Translations under genes and position numbers: made by a program
Notes under the pieces: generated by a model
The model's input: only the letters and a program-made list of their open reading frames with translations
What the model was told of the DNA's origin: nothing
Databases searched by the model: none
Shown: piece after piece, positions 10,847 to 22,883 of the stretch
How the letters are laid out: every line of letters begins with the position of its first letter
Position numbering within the stretch: the stretch's first letter is position 1
DNA from: Ruminococcus sp.
GTDB lineage: Bacteria > Bacillota > Clostridia > Oscillospirales > Ruminococcaceae
Assembly (NCBI GenBank): GCA_017542475.1
Contig: JAFXXD010000024.1
Span: forward strand, 1,097-65,096
DNA: 64,000 nucleotides
Direction of reading: 5' to 3'

Positions 10847-11185
10847 TTAGCCCTCGGTATCTCCCTGCGCAAGGCTGATGGCCTTGTTGAGGCGTTCAAC
10901 TGCGCTCGTGTTGAGCTTGTCCGACAGCCTCAGGCGGTCGAGCTCCTTTTTGAAGGCGGCGAGCTCGCCTGCGAGCTTACGCATCACCTCGGCGTTCTGT
11001 ATCTGCTTCTCCTCGAGAGCGCACACTCTCACGATGAGGTCGTTGATATTCGCCGCGAGAGCTTCGTTTGCGGCGTTCTGCTTCTCGCCGAAGTCGGTCA
11101 GCTTCTCGCCCGACTTGAACACCCCGACCTTTTCGTGTCCGTCGAAGGTGTGCATTTTCTCGTTTGTAAGCTTCATATCAGACAT
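10847..11185 (-). CDS. Hypothetical coiled-coil protein
   Basis: Host-like codon usage, GAGGGAG RBS before MSDMK, heptad-like C-terminal half; directly follows rmd. Confidence 0.6.
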   Translation of the reverse strand: MSDMKLTNEKMHTFDGHEKVGVFKSGEKLTDFGEKQNAANEALAANINDLIVRVCALEEKQIQNAEVMRKLAGELAAFKKELDRLRLSDKLNTSAVERLNKAISLAQGDTEG

Positions 11186-11212
11186 TTTGTTCACTCCCTC
11201 TTCTGCGGGTGT

Positions 11213-12175
11213 TTACACGCCCAATGATGTTCCGTAGTTGCTGAGCTTCTGTCTCCACCAGCCGAGCGTGTCGGAGATAGTTTGCTCCATTGTTATCGCT
11301 GCCTGCCAGCCCGTGTCGGCGTGTATCTGCGAGACATCGGGCTCGATTATCGGTATGTCCGAGGCTCTCATACGGGCGGGGTCCTGTGTGACGGTGATGT
11401 CGGCGTCCGAGAAGCCGAGCGCCGTGTCGAGGATGTACTGTATCTCCACGGCTTTTCCGCGCCCGATATTGTAGACCCTGCCGCCTATGCCCTTTTCCGC
11501 GAGCAGGCGGTATGCCCGCACGACGTCGCGGACGTCCGTGAAATCGCGCATTGCCGAGAGGTTGCCCACCTTCATCTCGGGCGGACGCATACCCTTCTCT
11601 ATCTCCGCGATCTGTCGGCAGAAGTCGGAGATAACGAAGATGTCGCTCTGCGCGGGTCCCGAGTGGTTGAAGGCGCGGACCATTACGATGTCCATTTTGT
11701 ACGCGCGGACATATATGCGGCTTATCATCTCCTGACAAGCCTTCGTCGCGGCGTAGATATTGCCGGGGTTGAGGGGCTCGTCCTCGCTGAGGGGGCACGC
11801 TCCCTCGCGAATGAAGCCGTATTCCTCGCCCGTGCCTATCATTATCAGGCGGATATCCTTCTTCTCGGCGGCTCTGACGGCTTCGAGCACGTTTATCGAG
11901 CCGATGACGTTTATCTCCGCGGTGAGCTGGGGCTTCTTCCACGACACCGCTACCGAGCTCTGCGCCGCGAGGTGGAATATCACGTCGGGAGCGACCTCCG
12001 CTATCAGCGCGGAGATGTCCTCGATTCGCAGTATATCGAGGGTGTGCGGCGTGCAGTCCGCTGTTATCTTCTCGGACGGCAGACAGGTGGCATGTACCTC
12101 CGCGCCCGCCGATGTCAGCTCGCGGATAAGGTAGCCTCCCACGAAGCCCGCTCCGCCGATTATCAAAGCTTTCAT
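11213..12175 (-). CDS. rmd: GDP-4-keto-6-deoxy-D-mannose reductase (Rmd-like extended SDR)
   Basis: GGAGFVG, HLAAQSSV, YAATK, RAFNHSGPAQS..FVISDFCRQIAEIE; sits beside gmd and manC. Confidence 0.75.
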   Translation of the reverse strand: MKALIIGGAGFVGGYLIRELTSAGAEVHATCLPSEKITADCTPHTLDILRIEDISALIAEVAPDVIFHLAAQSSVAVSWKKPQLTAEINVIGSINVLEAVRAAEKKDIRLIMIGTGEEYGFIREGACPLSEDEPLNPGNIYAATKACQEMISRIYVRAYKMDIVMVRAFNHSGPAQSDIFVISDFCRQIAEIEKGMRPPEMKVGNLSAMRDFTDVRDVVRAYRLLAEKGIGGRVYNIGRGKAVEIQYILDTALGFSDADITVTQDPARMRASDIPIIEPDVSQIHADTGWQAAITMEQTISDTLGWWRQKLSNYGTSLGV

Positions 12176-12188
12176 ATTGTGTCCTCGC

Positions 12189-13310
12189 TTATTCTGACAG
12201 GAAGTCATAGAGCTTCCTGATTATATCCTTTTCGTTGAAGTCGTGCTTTACGCGGTAGGCGGCGTTCTTGCCGAGCTTATCGCGCAGGGGCTTGTCCTCC
12301 GCGAGCCTGTTTATCGCCGCCGCCAGCGCCTTCGGGGACGAGGGCGGGACTGTCAGTCCCGTCACGCCGTGCAGGCTGACGTGCGGTACTCCCGACGGGA
12401 GCGACGTATTTATGACGGGCTTGCCGTAGACCATAGCTTCAAGCTGTACGATACCGAATGCCTCGCTCTTCACGACGGACGGCAGCACGAAGATGTCGCA
12501 GTCCGCATACGCCTGCTTCAGCTCGTCGTCGGGCAGGAAGCCGAGAAAATGCACCTTGTCCGAGAGCCCGTGCGTGTCGGCGTAGCGCCTGAGACCCGCC
12601 TCAAGCTGTCCCGTTCCCGCGATGAAGAGCTCGCAGCCGCGCACGTTGCGGAATGCACGCAGGAGCACGTCCACGCCCTTGTAGTAGACCAGCCTGCCCG
12701 TGAAGAATACCTTCACGGCGCTCTTGTCGGTGAGCTTTTCCGTGAGGAAGGGCTTGCGCTCTATGCTCAGGTACTGTGCAGGGTCGATACCGTAAGGGAG
12801 TATGCGGCACTTTTCGCGGAACTGCGGCAGCACGTCCGAGCCGTCGATGTGTCCCTGCGTAGCCACGAATATAATGTCTGCGCGGCGGAGCAGGTACATC
12901 ATAAAGGGCTTGTAGAAGAGCATGAGCTTCTTCTGCTTGACGATGTCGCTGTGCCACGACACCGCGACCTTTCCCCTGTAGCCCGACACCAGCAGAGCCG
13001 CGTCCGCAAGAGGGAAGGGCACGTTGATGTGCACCGCGTCGGAGCGCTTTGCCATCTTCCTGAACAGGTGCACGAACGACAGCGATATCGGGCAGGACAT
13101 AAGCGTCCCGAAGCTGCCTGCGCGTGTGAGCCCGACGCCGTTCATTTTCTCGTGAATGGTCGTGCCTGTGTCGTCGCGGCAGACGAGGGTCCTCACCTGT
13201 GCGCCGAACTGTCCGAGCTCCTCCGAATACTGTCTGACAAGGCTCTCAATGCCGCCGATATGCGGGTAATAAGCCTTGTTGACCTCCAGTACCCTGAACT
13301 GTCTTCCCAT
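12189..13310 (-). CDS. GT4 glycosyltransferase (WbpZ-like)
   Basis: GGIES, GRLVYYKG, SEAFGIVQLEAMVYGKPVI (EX7E motif). Confidence 0.9.
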   Translation of the reverse strand: MGRQFRVLEVNKAYYPHIGGIESLVRQYSEELGQFGAQVRTLVCRDDTGTTIHEKMNGVGLTRAGSFGTLMSCPISLSFVHLFRKMAKRSDAVHINVPFPLADAALLVSGYRGKVAVSWHSDIVKQKKLMLFYKPFMMYLLRRADIIFVATQGHIDGSDVLPQFREKCRILPYGIDPAQYLSIERKPFLTEKLTDKSAVKVFFTGRLVYYKGVDVLLRAFRNVRGCELFIAGTGQLEAGLRRYADTHGLSDKVHFLGFLPDDELKQAYADCDIFVLPSVVKSEAFGIVQLEAMVYGKPVINTSLPSGVPHVSLHGVTGLTVPPSSPKALAAAINRLAEDKPLRDKLGKNAAYRVKHDFNEKDIIRKLYDFLSE

Positions 13311-13573
13311 TACTTGACTATCCCGTTTTCGCGGCAGTAGTCCATAATGAACTTCTGCATATCTATGCCTGCCGCCTTGCCGAGATCCATCAGCTCAAGC
13401 GTGCGGTCGATGAAGTCCTGATCGGATTCGAGGGTGTCTGCAGCGAGGCGCTGTATGAATTCGGGGATATAGCTCTCCATCTCCATTCGGAACTCGTCCT
13501 CAGCCGTGAGGAAGCACGTGAAGTCCTGCTCCTTCGGCTTCTCAGCCTCGTTGTTCTTTATCTCTTCGCTCAT
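13310..13573 (-). CDS. Hypothetical acidic protein, 87 aa
   Basis: Translationally coupled on both sides within the operon; host-like codon usage. Confidence 0.7.
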   Translation of the reverse strand: MSEEIKNNEAEKPKEQDFTCFLTAEDEFRMEMESYIPEFIQRLAADTLESDQDFIDRTLELMDLGKAAGIDMQKFIMDYCRENGIVK

Positions 13574-14719
13574 TTATATCAGCTCCTTGTAAATATCGTA
13601 AAGCATTTCTGCCGAAGCGTCCCATGTGAACTGCTTTGCGCGTTCAAGTCCGCGGACGCTGAGCTCGCGGCGGAGCTCCTCATCGCTGTAGAGCCTTTCG
13701 AGCCCGTCAGCTATGCTCTCCTCGGAGTATGCGTCGCATATGACAGCGCAGTCGCCCGTTACCTCGGGGAGTGAAGCCGCATCGGACGCGAGCACGGGTA
13801 CTCCGCTCGCCATAGCTTCAAGCGGCGGCATACCGAAGCCCTCGTATATCGACGGAAACACGAATGCGAGCGCTCCGCACATGAGCGGGTTCATATCCTC
13901 GGCGGGGACGTATTTCGTGAAAATGACCTGCGCCGTCAGTCCGAGCTCGGTGACGCGCGCGAATATGCCGTCGTACAGCCAGCCCTTGCCGCCCGCGAGG
14001 ACGAGCTTGGGCGCGTCCTTGTGGTGCTGACAGAAGATGTGGTACGCGGAGATGAGCCTTTCGAGGTTCTTGCGGGGCTCTATCGTGCCGACGTAGAGGA
14101 AGTATTCGCCCTCTATGCCGAGCGATCCCTTCACCTGCGGGATACGCTCGGGCTCGGTGCAGGGCTTGAACTTTTCAAGGTCAACGCCGCACGGCACCAC
14201 GCGTATCTTTCCCTCGTGCATGGGGAAATACTTGATTATCTCGCTCTTCGAGAACTCCGAGTCCGTGACTATCATATCAGCCCGCTTCATCGACTGCTTC
14301 AGTCCCGTATTCAGCATTATCTTTGTGCGTCCGCGCACTGTCTCGGGGAAAGCCTTGTAGACCATATCGTGCACGGTGACTACCGTGCGCCCGTGGACTC
14401 CCGGCGGGACGATGTAGTTGAAAAAGTGCGAAACATCGGCGTCCCTGCCGAAGAAGAAGCTGTAGGGGAACGGCGCGAGAGTCGAAGCCGCGCGGTACAT
14501 ATAGCCCGAGAAGTGTACGAGCTTGGTGCCGATGTTATCGCCCGTGAAGGGAGCGATGCGCTCGAGCTTTATGTGGTCGTCCGTGCGCGAGAAGAAGTTG
14601 TAGGTGTAGGTGTTCTCGGGGTGGAGACGCGCCATAGCCATTGTCTGTCCCGCCTCGCACCAGCCTATGCCCGTGATACGGTCGCTGATGAGCGGTAATG
14701 CGTCAAATGCGATATTCAA
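13574..14719 (-). CDS. GT4 glycosyltransferase (MtfB/WbpY-like)
   Basis: TVHDM, YVGTIEPRKN, PSIYEGFGMPPLEAMASGVPV. Confidence 0.92.
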   Translation of the reverse strand: MNIAFDALPLISDRITGIGWCEAGQTMAMARLHPENTYTYNFFSRTDDHIKLERIAPFTGDNIGTKLVHFSGYMYRAASTLAPFPYSFFFGRDADVSHFFNYIVPPGVHGRTVVTVHDMVYKAFPETVRGRTKIMLNTGLKQSMKRADMIVTDSEFSKSEIIKYFPMHEGKIRVVPCGVDLEKFKPCTEPERIPQVKGSLGIEGEYFLYVGTIEPRKNLERLISAYHIFCQHHKDAPKLVLAGGKGWLYDGIFARVTELGLTAQVIFTKYVPAEDMNPLMCGALAFVFPSIYEGFGMPPLEAMASGVPVLASDAASLPEVTGDCAVICDAYSEESIADGLERLYSDEELRRELSVRGLERAKQFTWDASAEMLYDIYKELI

Positions 14720-14776
14720 TCAATTTCCTGCTTTCGTAAATGTAGCGCCGCCGCGTCTGCGGCGGCGTATGTGGCT

Positions 14777-15031
14777 TTATTCGGTCATATTCCGTATCTC
14801 GTCGCAGAGACTGCGGAAGTAGTTCTCGACGTCCTGCTTGTTGAAGCCGCCCGTGACTACCTTTTTGAATTTATGTCCCGCGATCTTGTCAGCTGTGCGT
14901 TTCAGCTCTGCGAGCGGGACAGCGCCCTCCTCATAGGAGAGCTTGGCGAGATTCAGCGCGTCGAGCGTCTCGATGACATCTGCCTTCTCGTAGCCGCCGA
15001 ACGCCGCGGAACGAAGTATGTCATTACCCAT
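14777..15031 (-). CDS. Small protein with two DivIVA N-terminal-like motifs
   Basis: LRSAAFGGYEKADVIETLD and FKKVVTGGFNKQDVENYF resemble the F..+..GY...EVD.FL motif; the ATG lies just after the gmd stop. Confidence 0.6.
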   Translation of the reverse strand: MGNDILRSAAFGGYEKADVIETLDALNLAKLSYEEGAVPLAELKRTADKIAGHKFKKVVTGGFNKQDVENYFRSLCDEIRNMTE

Positions 15032-15032
15032 A

Positions 15033-17148
<2,116 letters not shown>

Positions 17149-17152
<4 letters not shown>

Positions 17153-18531
17153 TTATTATCCTCTTCTCTCCTGCTCTCCGCCTGTATAAGCGCTCCGCCT
17201 GATTCGGCGTTGGACTTCGGCGGGAAGAGCATCGTTTTTATTGTCATAAGAATTATCTGCAGGTCCATACGGAACGAGTAATTCTCTATGTACATAAGGT
17301 CCATTTTGAGCTTGTCGTAGGGCACGGTGTCGTAGACGCCCGTCACCTGCGCATAGCCCGTAAGACCCGCTTTTACCTTTAATCTGTACTCGAACTCGGG
17401 CATCTCCTTCTTGTATTCCTCGGAGAGCTCGGGGCGCTCGGGACGCGGTCCGACTACCGACATATCGCCCTTCAGTATGTTGAAGAGCTGCGGCAGCTCA
17501 TCGAGCCTTACCTTGCGCAGGAATCTGCCTATCGGCGTTATGCGCGGGTCGTCCTCGGAGGCGAGCACGGGTCCGCTGAGCTTTTCTGCGTCAACTACCA
17601 TGCTGCGGAATTTCAGCACATCGAAGACCCTGCCGTCGATGGTGAGGCGCTTCTGTCTGAACAGAACGGGGCCGCCGTCGTGGAGCTTTATCGCTATCGC
17701 CGAGAATAACATAAGCGGCGAGAAGAACGCCAGCGCAAAAAGCGAGAATACGATGTCGAACAGGCGCTTGAACGTCCTCTGCTCGACGTCGAGCCCGTAG
17801 TTCCTGCACAGGAGCAGGGGCGTATCGAAGAGGCGTATGTCGTCTGCGCCCCTGACAATAATATCGGAAATTTTCGGCGCGATATACGCCCTCACCGACT
17901 TTTCATAGCAGAACTTCAGGTAGTCGTTGCGCTGCTCCGCGGGGATATCGCAGATTATCACGCCCTCGTACTTGAGTATCAGCTCGCGTATCTTGTCCTC
18001 GGGCTCGGTGATGCTCACAGACTCGCATATCATATACTTGTCCACGCGTCTGCTCATTTTCAGCACGAGAGCCGCCGCCTGATGGCTGCCGTACAGTATT
18101 ATCAGCTTGCGCGGGGGATATATCATAAAATATATCTTTCCGAAGATGAGCGTCCACAGGGCGATGAAGCCGAAATCGACGAACATCAGCGCAAGCATCG
18201 GCATTATCCGCATGAAATCGCGTCCGATAAGGCTTATCACGAGGTAGGACACCAAGTCCACCGCCGCGATGGATATGAGCTGTGAGTACAGCATATCCGT
18301 CTTTTTGAGGTAGCCGAGCTTGAACCCGCCGTAAACCCTGAAAAACAGCCACACCAGAAGCGCGTATATTCCTATCAGTGCCCAGTTTCCGCGCCTGTAG
18401 TAGGGCAGGATTATCTGCGTGCTGTAGTACGTGTACCACACATACGCGAAAACAGCCGTCAGTATCACTACCAGCACGGTCGCAGAACAAACGGAAATGA
18501 GCCTTTTGTATCTGTCTCTTTTACTAACCAT
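17149..18531 (-). CDS. Priming undecaprenyl-phosphate glycosyl-1-phosphate transferase (WcaJ/CpsE family)
   Basis: KRLFDI, KFRSM, DDPRITPIG..LR..RLDELPQL.NILKGDMSVVGPRPERP, KAGLTG.AQV; start reassigned to MVSKRD. Confidence 0.93.
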
Positions 18532-18610
18532 ATTTTTCGCCGCCGTTGTCTCTTTTTGTTTCTCTTTTCTGCGGGAAAGCGAAGCTGTCCCACAATACAT
18601 TATATAAAGT

Positions 18611-18639
18611 ATTATACCAAACTGCACAAAGGCTGTCAA
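18611..18639 (-). promoter_or_regulatory. SigA promoter of the glycan operon
   Basis: Minus strand TTGACA-17 bp-TATAAT with an extended -10 TG. Confidence 0.85.
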
Positions 18640-18710
18640 TAGAAAGCGGGTATAATAGCAAAAAACGGGGCATAATCCGTCGATTTTCACAAAAATTCGA
18701 GGAGAGGCGG

Positions 18711-18853
18711 TGTAGGGGCGCCCTTTGGGCGTCTGTTGCATACGAACGCAGCGGCGGTTTCGTAATTGACGGACCGCCAAAGGCGGTCCCTACGATATTC
18801 CGTCGATTCATACCGTTTCGGCAATTAGCAGGCGGCGGAACGCCGCCCCTACA
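18711..18853. repeat. Cluster of 3 REP palindromes
   Basis: GTAGGGGCGCCCTTTGGGCGTC; reverse complements GTAGGGACCGCCTTTGGCGGTCCG and GTAGGGGCGGCGTTCCGCCGCC. Confidence 0.85.
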
Positions 18854-18863
18854 GTACAGCAAC

Positions 18864-18892
18864 AAAAAAGAGGCGGGATATCCGCCTCTTTT
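18864..18892 (-). terminator. Intrinsic terminator
   Basis: aaaaaagaggcgg-gatat-ccgcctctttt after the sulfatase-like gene stop. Confidence 0.8.
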
Positions 18893-18896
18893 GGTA

Positions 18897-20999
18897 TTAG
18901 TTATCAGTCGGTACACCGAAACGCTCGATGACCTTCCAGTTGTTGAAATCGGAGGCGTCGCCCGTTACCTCGTATTTGAGGATATCGTCAACACGTCCAA
19001 TGCCCTTCCAGAAGTATACGTGAAGGATACGCTCGGGGATATCGTCCTCGTCCATTTCCTTTACGTCCATGAACGAAGGTCCGAAGCCGCTCTTGTCAAC
19101 GTCTGCGTATTCGAGCACTGTTGCTGCGAATTCGGAGCTCGAAAGCTCCGCGTCGTGGTCGATAACGAGGGGCTTGCGCTCTGCGCCTGCGGGCTTGATG
19201 AGGACTGTCGTTCTTATCTCGCCGTCAAGCTCTATCGTGGGGAGCTCGTCGTCCTCTGCGTACTCTATCTCTGCGGGCGGTCTGCCGTGGTCGCCGATGA
19301 AGATTATCGTGGAGTTGTCGTAAACTCCAGCTTCCTTCATCTTGTCGAGGTAGTAGTTGAGGAGTATGAAGCCTCCGCGCATATTCTTCTCGCGGTCGAT
19401 ATTGCCGTCGTAATCAGGGTCGAGAGCTGCGAGGTCTTCGCTGTAGTCGTGAGCGAAGTTGAGGTGTATGAAGGTGAAGGTCTTCTGGTCGCAGTCAGAT
19501 TTCATCTGATGTGTGCGCACGTAGTTGCAGAAGTCCATATCCGTGTCGTTGCCGACAATGCCCTTGAAGGCAGCGGCGTCCTGACCCGTGGCGGTGTAGA
19601 AATTGCTTGAGAAGTCGGAGGTCATATCGCCGAGGAAGTTGTTCTTGAGCAGATAGGGCGCGAGCTTTCCGAGCGAGAATTTGCCGATAGTTCTGAGGAT
19701 ACCGCCCGAGCCGAAGTAGTTGAAGTCAACGAGGTCCACGGACGAGTGGATATTGTCGCACTGGTTCCTGATATCGTCAAAATCAGAGTAGGTGACGAGG
19801 CTGTCGATGAGGAGGTTTACCTTGTAGCCGTTGTCGTGGAGACGCTTGGGAAGGGTCTCTCCCTGCCATGCGGCATCGAAGTAATCAGCCCAGTCCTGTC
19901 CGCTGTACTCATAGTTGGTGAGCATATTGCAGACTGACGGGAAGGTGTTAGTGAAGCGTCCGACGTTGTTGGAGTAGAAGGTGAAGCCTTCGAGCTCGTC
20001 GGCTATCTCGGGGTAGTAATCGAGCTCCATCTCCATCCAGTGCGCGTCAAGACGGTCAGTGAGGAATACCACGACATTGTTGTCCTTGCTGAGGTTCATG
20101 GTATCCTCCATCGAGAGGTAGTTATCGAGACCCGAGTCGTCCTTTCTGAGGATGCCTGTCTTGATAACTCTCGAGCCGAGACCTACGCACTGCATAAGGA
20201 ATATGATGGCGGATATATAGGTCAGTGCCGTGAAGAGGTAGCGCTTGCGCTTGCCCTTTTTCAGCTCGCCCGAGATTATGAGCACTATCAGCGGCAGGAG
20301 CATTATCGCGAAGAACAGCAGGAGATTGAGGTTGTTCGCGGAGCTCCTCTCGGAGTAGGTGGTGGGGTCGCCTGTTATCTGTACCATTTTGCCGTTTGCG
20401 AACATCACCTGCCAGTAGCCTGCGATGAGCACGCCGCCGAGCAGAGACTCGACTATTTTCCACAGCTTCACGTTTATCGCGAGGCAGGCGTTGAGAATGA
20501 GTATCAGTGCCGCGGAGGCTCCCAGTGCCACGCCGAGGATAGGCAGGAGCACACGCGGGGCGGATATGATGAAGTCGTTCTGATTCGCGATGAATGTATC
20601 TGCGGGGACGAAGAAGCATACCGTGAATGCCAGTGCGAGGCTGAGCGCGATTATCGCCAGCTCGCGCTTCTTCGTGAATCTCTTCTTCTTTTTCTTTGCG
20701 GGCTCGGCTTCGGCAGCCTTTTCCGCTGCTGTTTCAGCCTTTGCCGTTTCGGTGTGAGCGGGCTTTTTCTCGGTGTGCTCGCTGCTCTTGGACTGCGCGG
20801 GCTTCTTGTCAGCCGCCTTGGGCTGTGAAGTCTTCTTCCCGCCGTCAGAGCCGCTCTTGCCGCTCTTGTGCTGAGCGGGCTTTTTGCCGCTGCCCGACTG
20901 CTTGCCCGAGCTCTTGTGCTGCTGAGGCTTTTTTTCGGGATTTTCCGATTTTTCGGAGCTTTCCTTTACTTTTTCGGTGTCTTTTTCTTTATTTTCCAT
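18897..20999 (-). CDS. LTA-synthase/sulfatase-superfamily membrane protein
   Basis: K/S/E-rich N-terminus, about 5 TMs, then VVVFLTD, FTNTFPS, FIHLNFAH and IIFIGDHG (alkaline-phosphatase-fold motifs). Confidence 0.75.
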   Translation of the reverse strand: MENKEKDTEKVKESSEKSENPEKKPQQHKSSGKQSGSGKKPAQHKSGKSGSDGGKKTSQPKAADKKPAQSKSSEHTEKKPAHTETAKAETAAEKAAEAEPAKKKKKRFTKKRELAIIALSLALAFTVCFFVPADTFIANQNDFIISAPRVLLPILGVALGASAALILILNACLAINVKLWKIVESLLGGVLIAGYWQVMFANGKMVQITGDPTTYSERSSANNLNLLLFFAIMLLPLIVLIISGELKKGKRKRYLFTALTYISAIIFLMQCVGLGSRVIKTGILRKDDSGLDNYLSMEDTMNLSKDNNVVVFLTDRLDAHWMEMELDYYPEIADELEGFTFYSNNVGRFTNTFPSVCNMLTNYEYSGQDWADYFDAAWQGETLPKRLHDNGYKVNLLIDSLVTYSDFDDIRNQCDNIHSSVDLVDFNYFGSGGILRTIGKFSLGKLAPYLLKNNFLGDMTSDFSSNFYTATGQDAAAFKGIVGNDTDMDFCNYVRTHQMKSDCDQKTFTFIHLNFAHDYSEDLAALDPDYDGNIDREKNMRGGFILLNYYLDKMKEAGVYDNSTIIFIGDHGRPPAEIEYAEDDELPTIELDGEIRTTVLIKPAGAERKPLVIDHDAELSSSEFAATVLEYADVDKSGFGPSFMDVKEMDEDDIPERILHVYFWKGIGRVDDILKYEVTGDASDFNNWKVIERFGVPTDN

Positions 21000-21080
21000 A
21001 ATCTTCCCTTCTTTGGCGTGCAAAAATAAATGTACGTTAAAATAATATCACTTTTTCCCCAAAATGTCAACACTTTTTTG

Positions 21081-21108
21081 AGAGCTCAGAACTCAGAACT
21101 CAGAGCTC
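21081..21108. repeat. Heptamer tandem repeat AGA(A/G)CTC x4
   Basis: agagctc agaactc agaactc agagctc directly before a REP. Confidence 0.75.
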
Positions 21109-21111
21109 AGA

Positions 21112-21236
21112 CTGTAGGGGCGGCGTTCCGCCGCCCGCAATAAACCGACAAACTACCTGACCCAATTTGTAGGGGGGCGATGCCCGCATCGACCCGCAGA
21201 TAACAAACGGGCTGATGTGGGCATCAGCCCCTACAA
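21112..21236. repeat. Cluster of 3 REP palindromes
   Basis: GTAGGGGCGGCGTTCCGCCGCCCG, GTAGGGGGGCGATGCCCGCATCGACCC and reverse complement GTAGGGGCTGATGCCCACATCAGCCC. Confidence 0.85.
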
Positions 21237-21280
21237 CGCTCTCCAATTAGAAAGCCGCCCGATAGGGCGGCTTATGTACG

Positions 21281-21721
21281 TTATTTTCTTCTTGTACCGT
21301 TCTTTCTGTCGGTGCAGCGCTTGAGGTCGCTGATGCGCTCCTCGCTCGACTGCTTGAAGTGCGACATCATATCCTCAAATGTCATCTCCGACTGAGGTAC
21401 TACCTTCTTCGGCTCCCAGACATTGGGCTTGCTCCTGCGCTCCTTGGGCGGAGCGGGGCGGGACGGCTTATCCTGAGGTGCTCCCTCATCGACAGCCTTC
21501 TTTATCGAAAGGCTGACCTTTCCCGCTTCGTTTATGCCTATGACCTTCACGCGGACGTCCTGTCCCTCCGTGAGGTGGTCGCGTATCTCGTTTACGAAGG
21601 TGTTTGCGATCTCGGAAATATGCACCATACCGTTGCCGCCGCCGTCTATATCGACGAAAGCGCCGTACTGGGTGATACCCTTGACCTTGCCTGTGTATAT
21701 CTTACCAATCTCAAGCTGCAT
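21281..21721 (-). CDS. S1 RNA-binding domain protein (YabR/YugI-like)
   Basis: GKVKGITQYGAFVDI, GMVHISEI, V.VKVI...GKVSLSIK, FEDMMSHFKQSSE; position after divIC. Confidence 0.92.
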   Translation of the reverse strand: MQLEIGKIYTGKVKGITQYGAFVDIDGGGNGMVHISEIANTFVNEIRDHLTEGQDVRVKVIGINEAGKVSLSIKKAVDEGAPQDKPSRPAPPKERRSKPNVWEPKKVVPQSEMTFEDMMSHFKQSSEERISDLKRCTDRKNGTRRK

Positions 21722-21773
21722 ACTGCTTCAAAGCTCCTTGCTCATTTAATGGGATAACCGACCCGACGCTTCA

Positions 21774-22085
21774 TCAGTCTCTCGATGTGTCGTAGAAACG
21801 GCGTTCGTTGGGGTAAGCGTAGCCTCTCTCCTCGAGGGCTATCTTTTCCATATATGCGGAGAGGTCGTCGCTTTCGAGCGTTCTTCGCATATCCTCGTTC
21901 TCGATCTTATAAGCGTCTATCTTAGCCTGTATACGAGCAAGTTCTTTTTCCTTTTCGCTGCAGTCTCTTTCGGTAGTTATTATAAGCGCGGCACAGACTG
22001 TTATGACAACTGCTGCTGCAAGATTGAACAGTCCGCGGTTGAACAAGCCTTTCTTTTTGATTTTTGTTCTAATTTTTTTTGGCAA
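21774..22085 (-). CDS. Septum formation initiator family protein (DivIC/FtsB-like)
   Basis: Basic N-terminus, one TM, coiled coil, EKIALEERGYAYPNE; yabP-yabQ-divIC-yabR synteny. Confidence 0.8.
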   Translation of the reverse strand: MPKKIRTKIKKKGLFNRGLFNLAAAVVITVCAALIITTERDCSEKEKELARIQAKIDAYKIENEDMRRTLESDDLSAYMEKIALEERGYAYPNERRFYDTSRD

Positions 22086-22608
22086 CGTTATTCACGTTCT
22101 TTCTCTTTTTATTTTCCATTATATTATAGCGCAACTGCCGTCGGTTTGGCAATAGTAAATTTATCTTTTTAATAGATTTTATTAAATTTTTGGAACTTCC
22201 CACAAATTTAACACCCGCTTTTTTACATAAAAGTACATAGAGCCGCCTTATCGGAGCGGTGACAGCTCGGAAAACGGCGGCGAGAGCTCCGAAAATTTTG
22301 TTCAGCAGGCGTATGACTATGCTCCCGAGGGTGAAAAAGTAGAGCGTGAAGCCGAGCGCGTTGCCGACGACGTGGTAGAAGCGGAGCTCGCCGCGGGCTG
22401 CCGCCGAGGCAAATGCCGACAGGTAGACCGCGTACAGCGCGAGAAAGGCGACGTCCTCGAGAGCCGTCAGCCATATCCCGTGGCGGAATACCAGTCGGAA
22501 CGCCCGCAGAACGTCGTAGCACAGCCCTATCACGGCTCCCGCGAGGCACGACAGCCCGAACAGCGTCAGCTCCTCGCGGACGGAGAAGAACGTCTCGGGT
22601 ACGTTCAT
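22069..22608 (-). CDS. yabQ: Spore cortex biosynthesis protein YabQ
   Basis: GAVIGLCYDVLR, EDVAF, GELRFYHVVG; start MNVPET overlaps the yabP stop. Confidence 0.85.
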   Translation of the reverse strand: MNVPETFFSVREELTLFGLSCLAGAVIGLCYDVLRAFRLVFRHGIWLTALEDVAFLALYAVYLSAFASAAARGELRFYHVVGNALGFTLYFFTLGSIVIRLLNKIFGALAAVFRAVTAPIRRLYVLLCKKAGVKFVGSSKNLIKSIKKINLLLPNRRQLRYNIMENKKRKNVNNVAKKN

Positions 22609-22883
22609 CGGAAGAGCCTCCCGAGGGCGGAGAGCGGTCCTTTGCGGTCGCGGTCGCCGTAGACTACCGCCCATATGTCGCCTGTTATCGTCATTTCGCC
22701 CGTCTCGACGCTCATCGCGTCGATGTGGAGCTCGCGCCCCTGCACGGTCAGCTCGCCCAGCTGCGTGAACAGGCATATCGCCTTCTCGTCGAAGCTGTCA
22801 ACATCCGTAATGCCCGATACGCTCATACTTTTGCGGTTCTCGATGATGATATTGTGGTCTTTTTTGATGGTCTTGTCCTGCAT
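22605..22883 (-). CDS. yabP: Sporulation protein YabP
   Basis: HNIIIENRKSMSVSGITDVDSFDE, T.LGELTVQG.ELHI. Confidence 0.93.
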   Translation of the reverse strand: MQDKTIKKDHNIIIENRKSMSVSGITDVDSFDEKAICLFTQLGELTVQGRELHIDAMSVETGEMTITGDIWAVVYGDRDRKGPLSALGRLFR

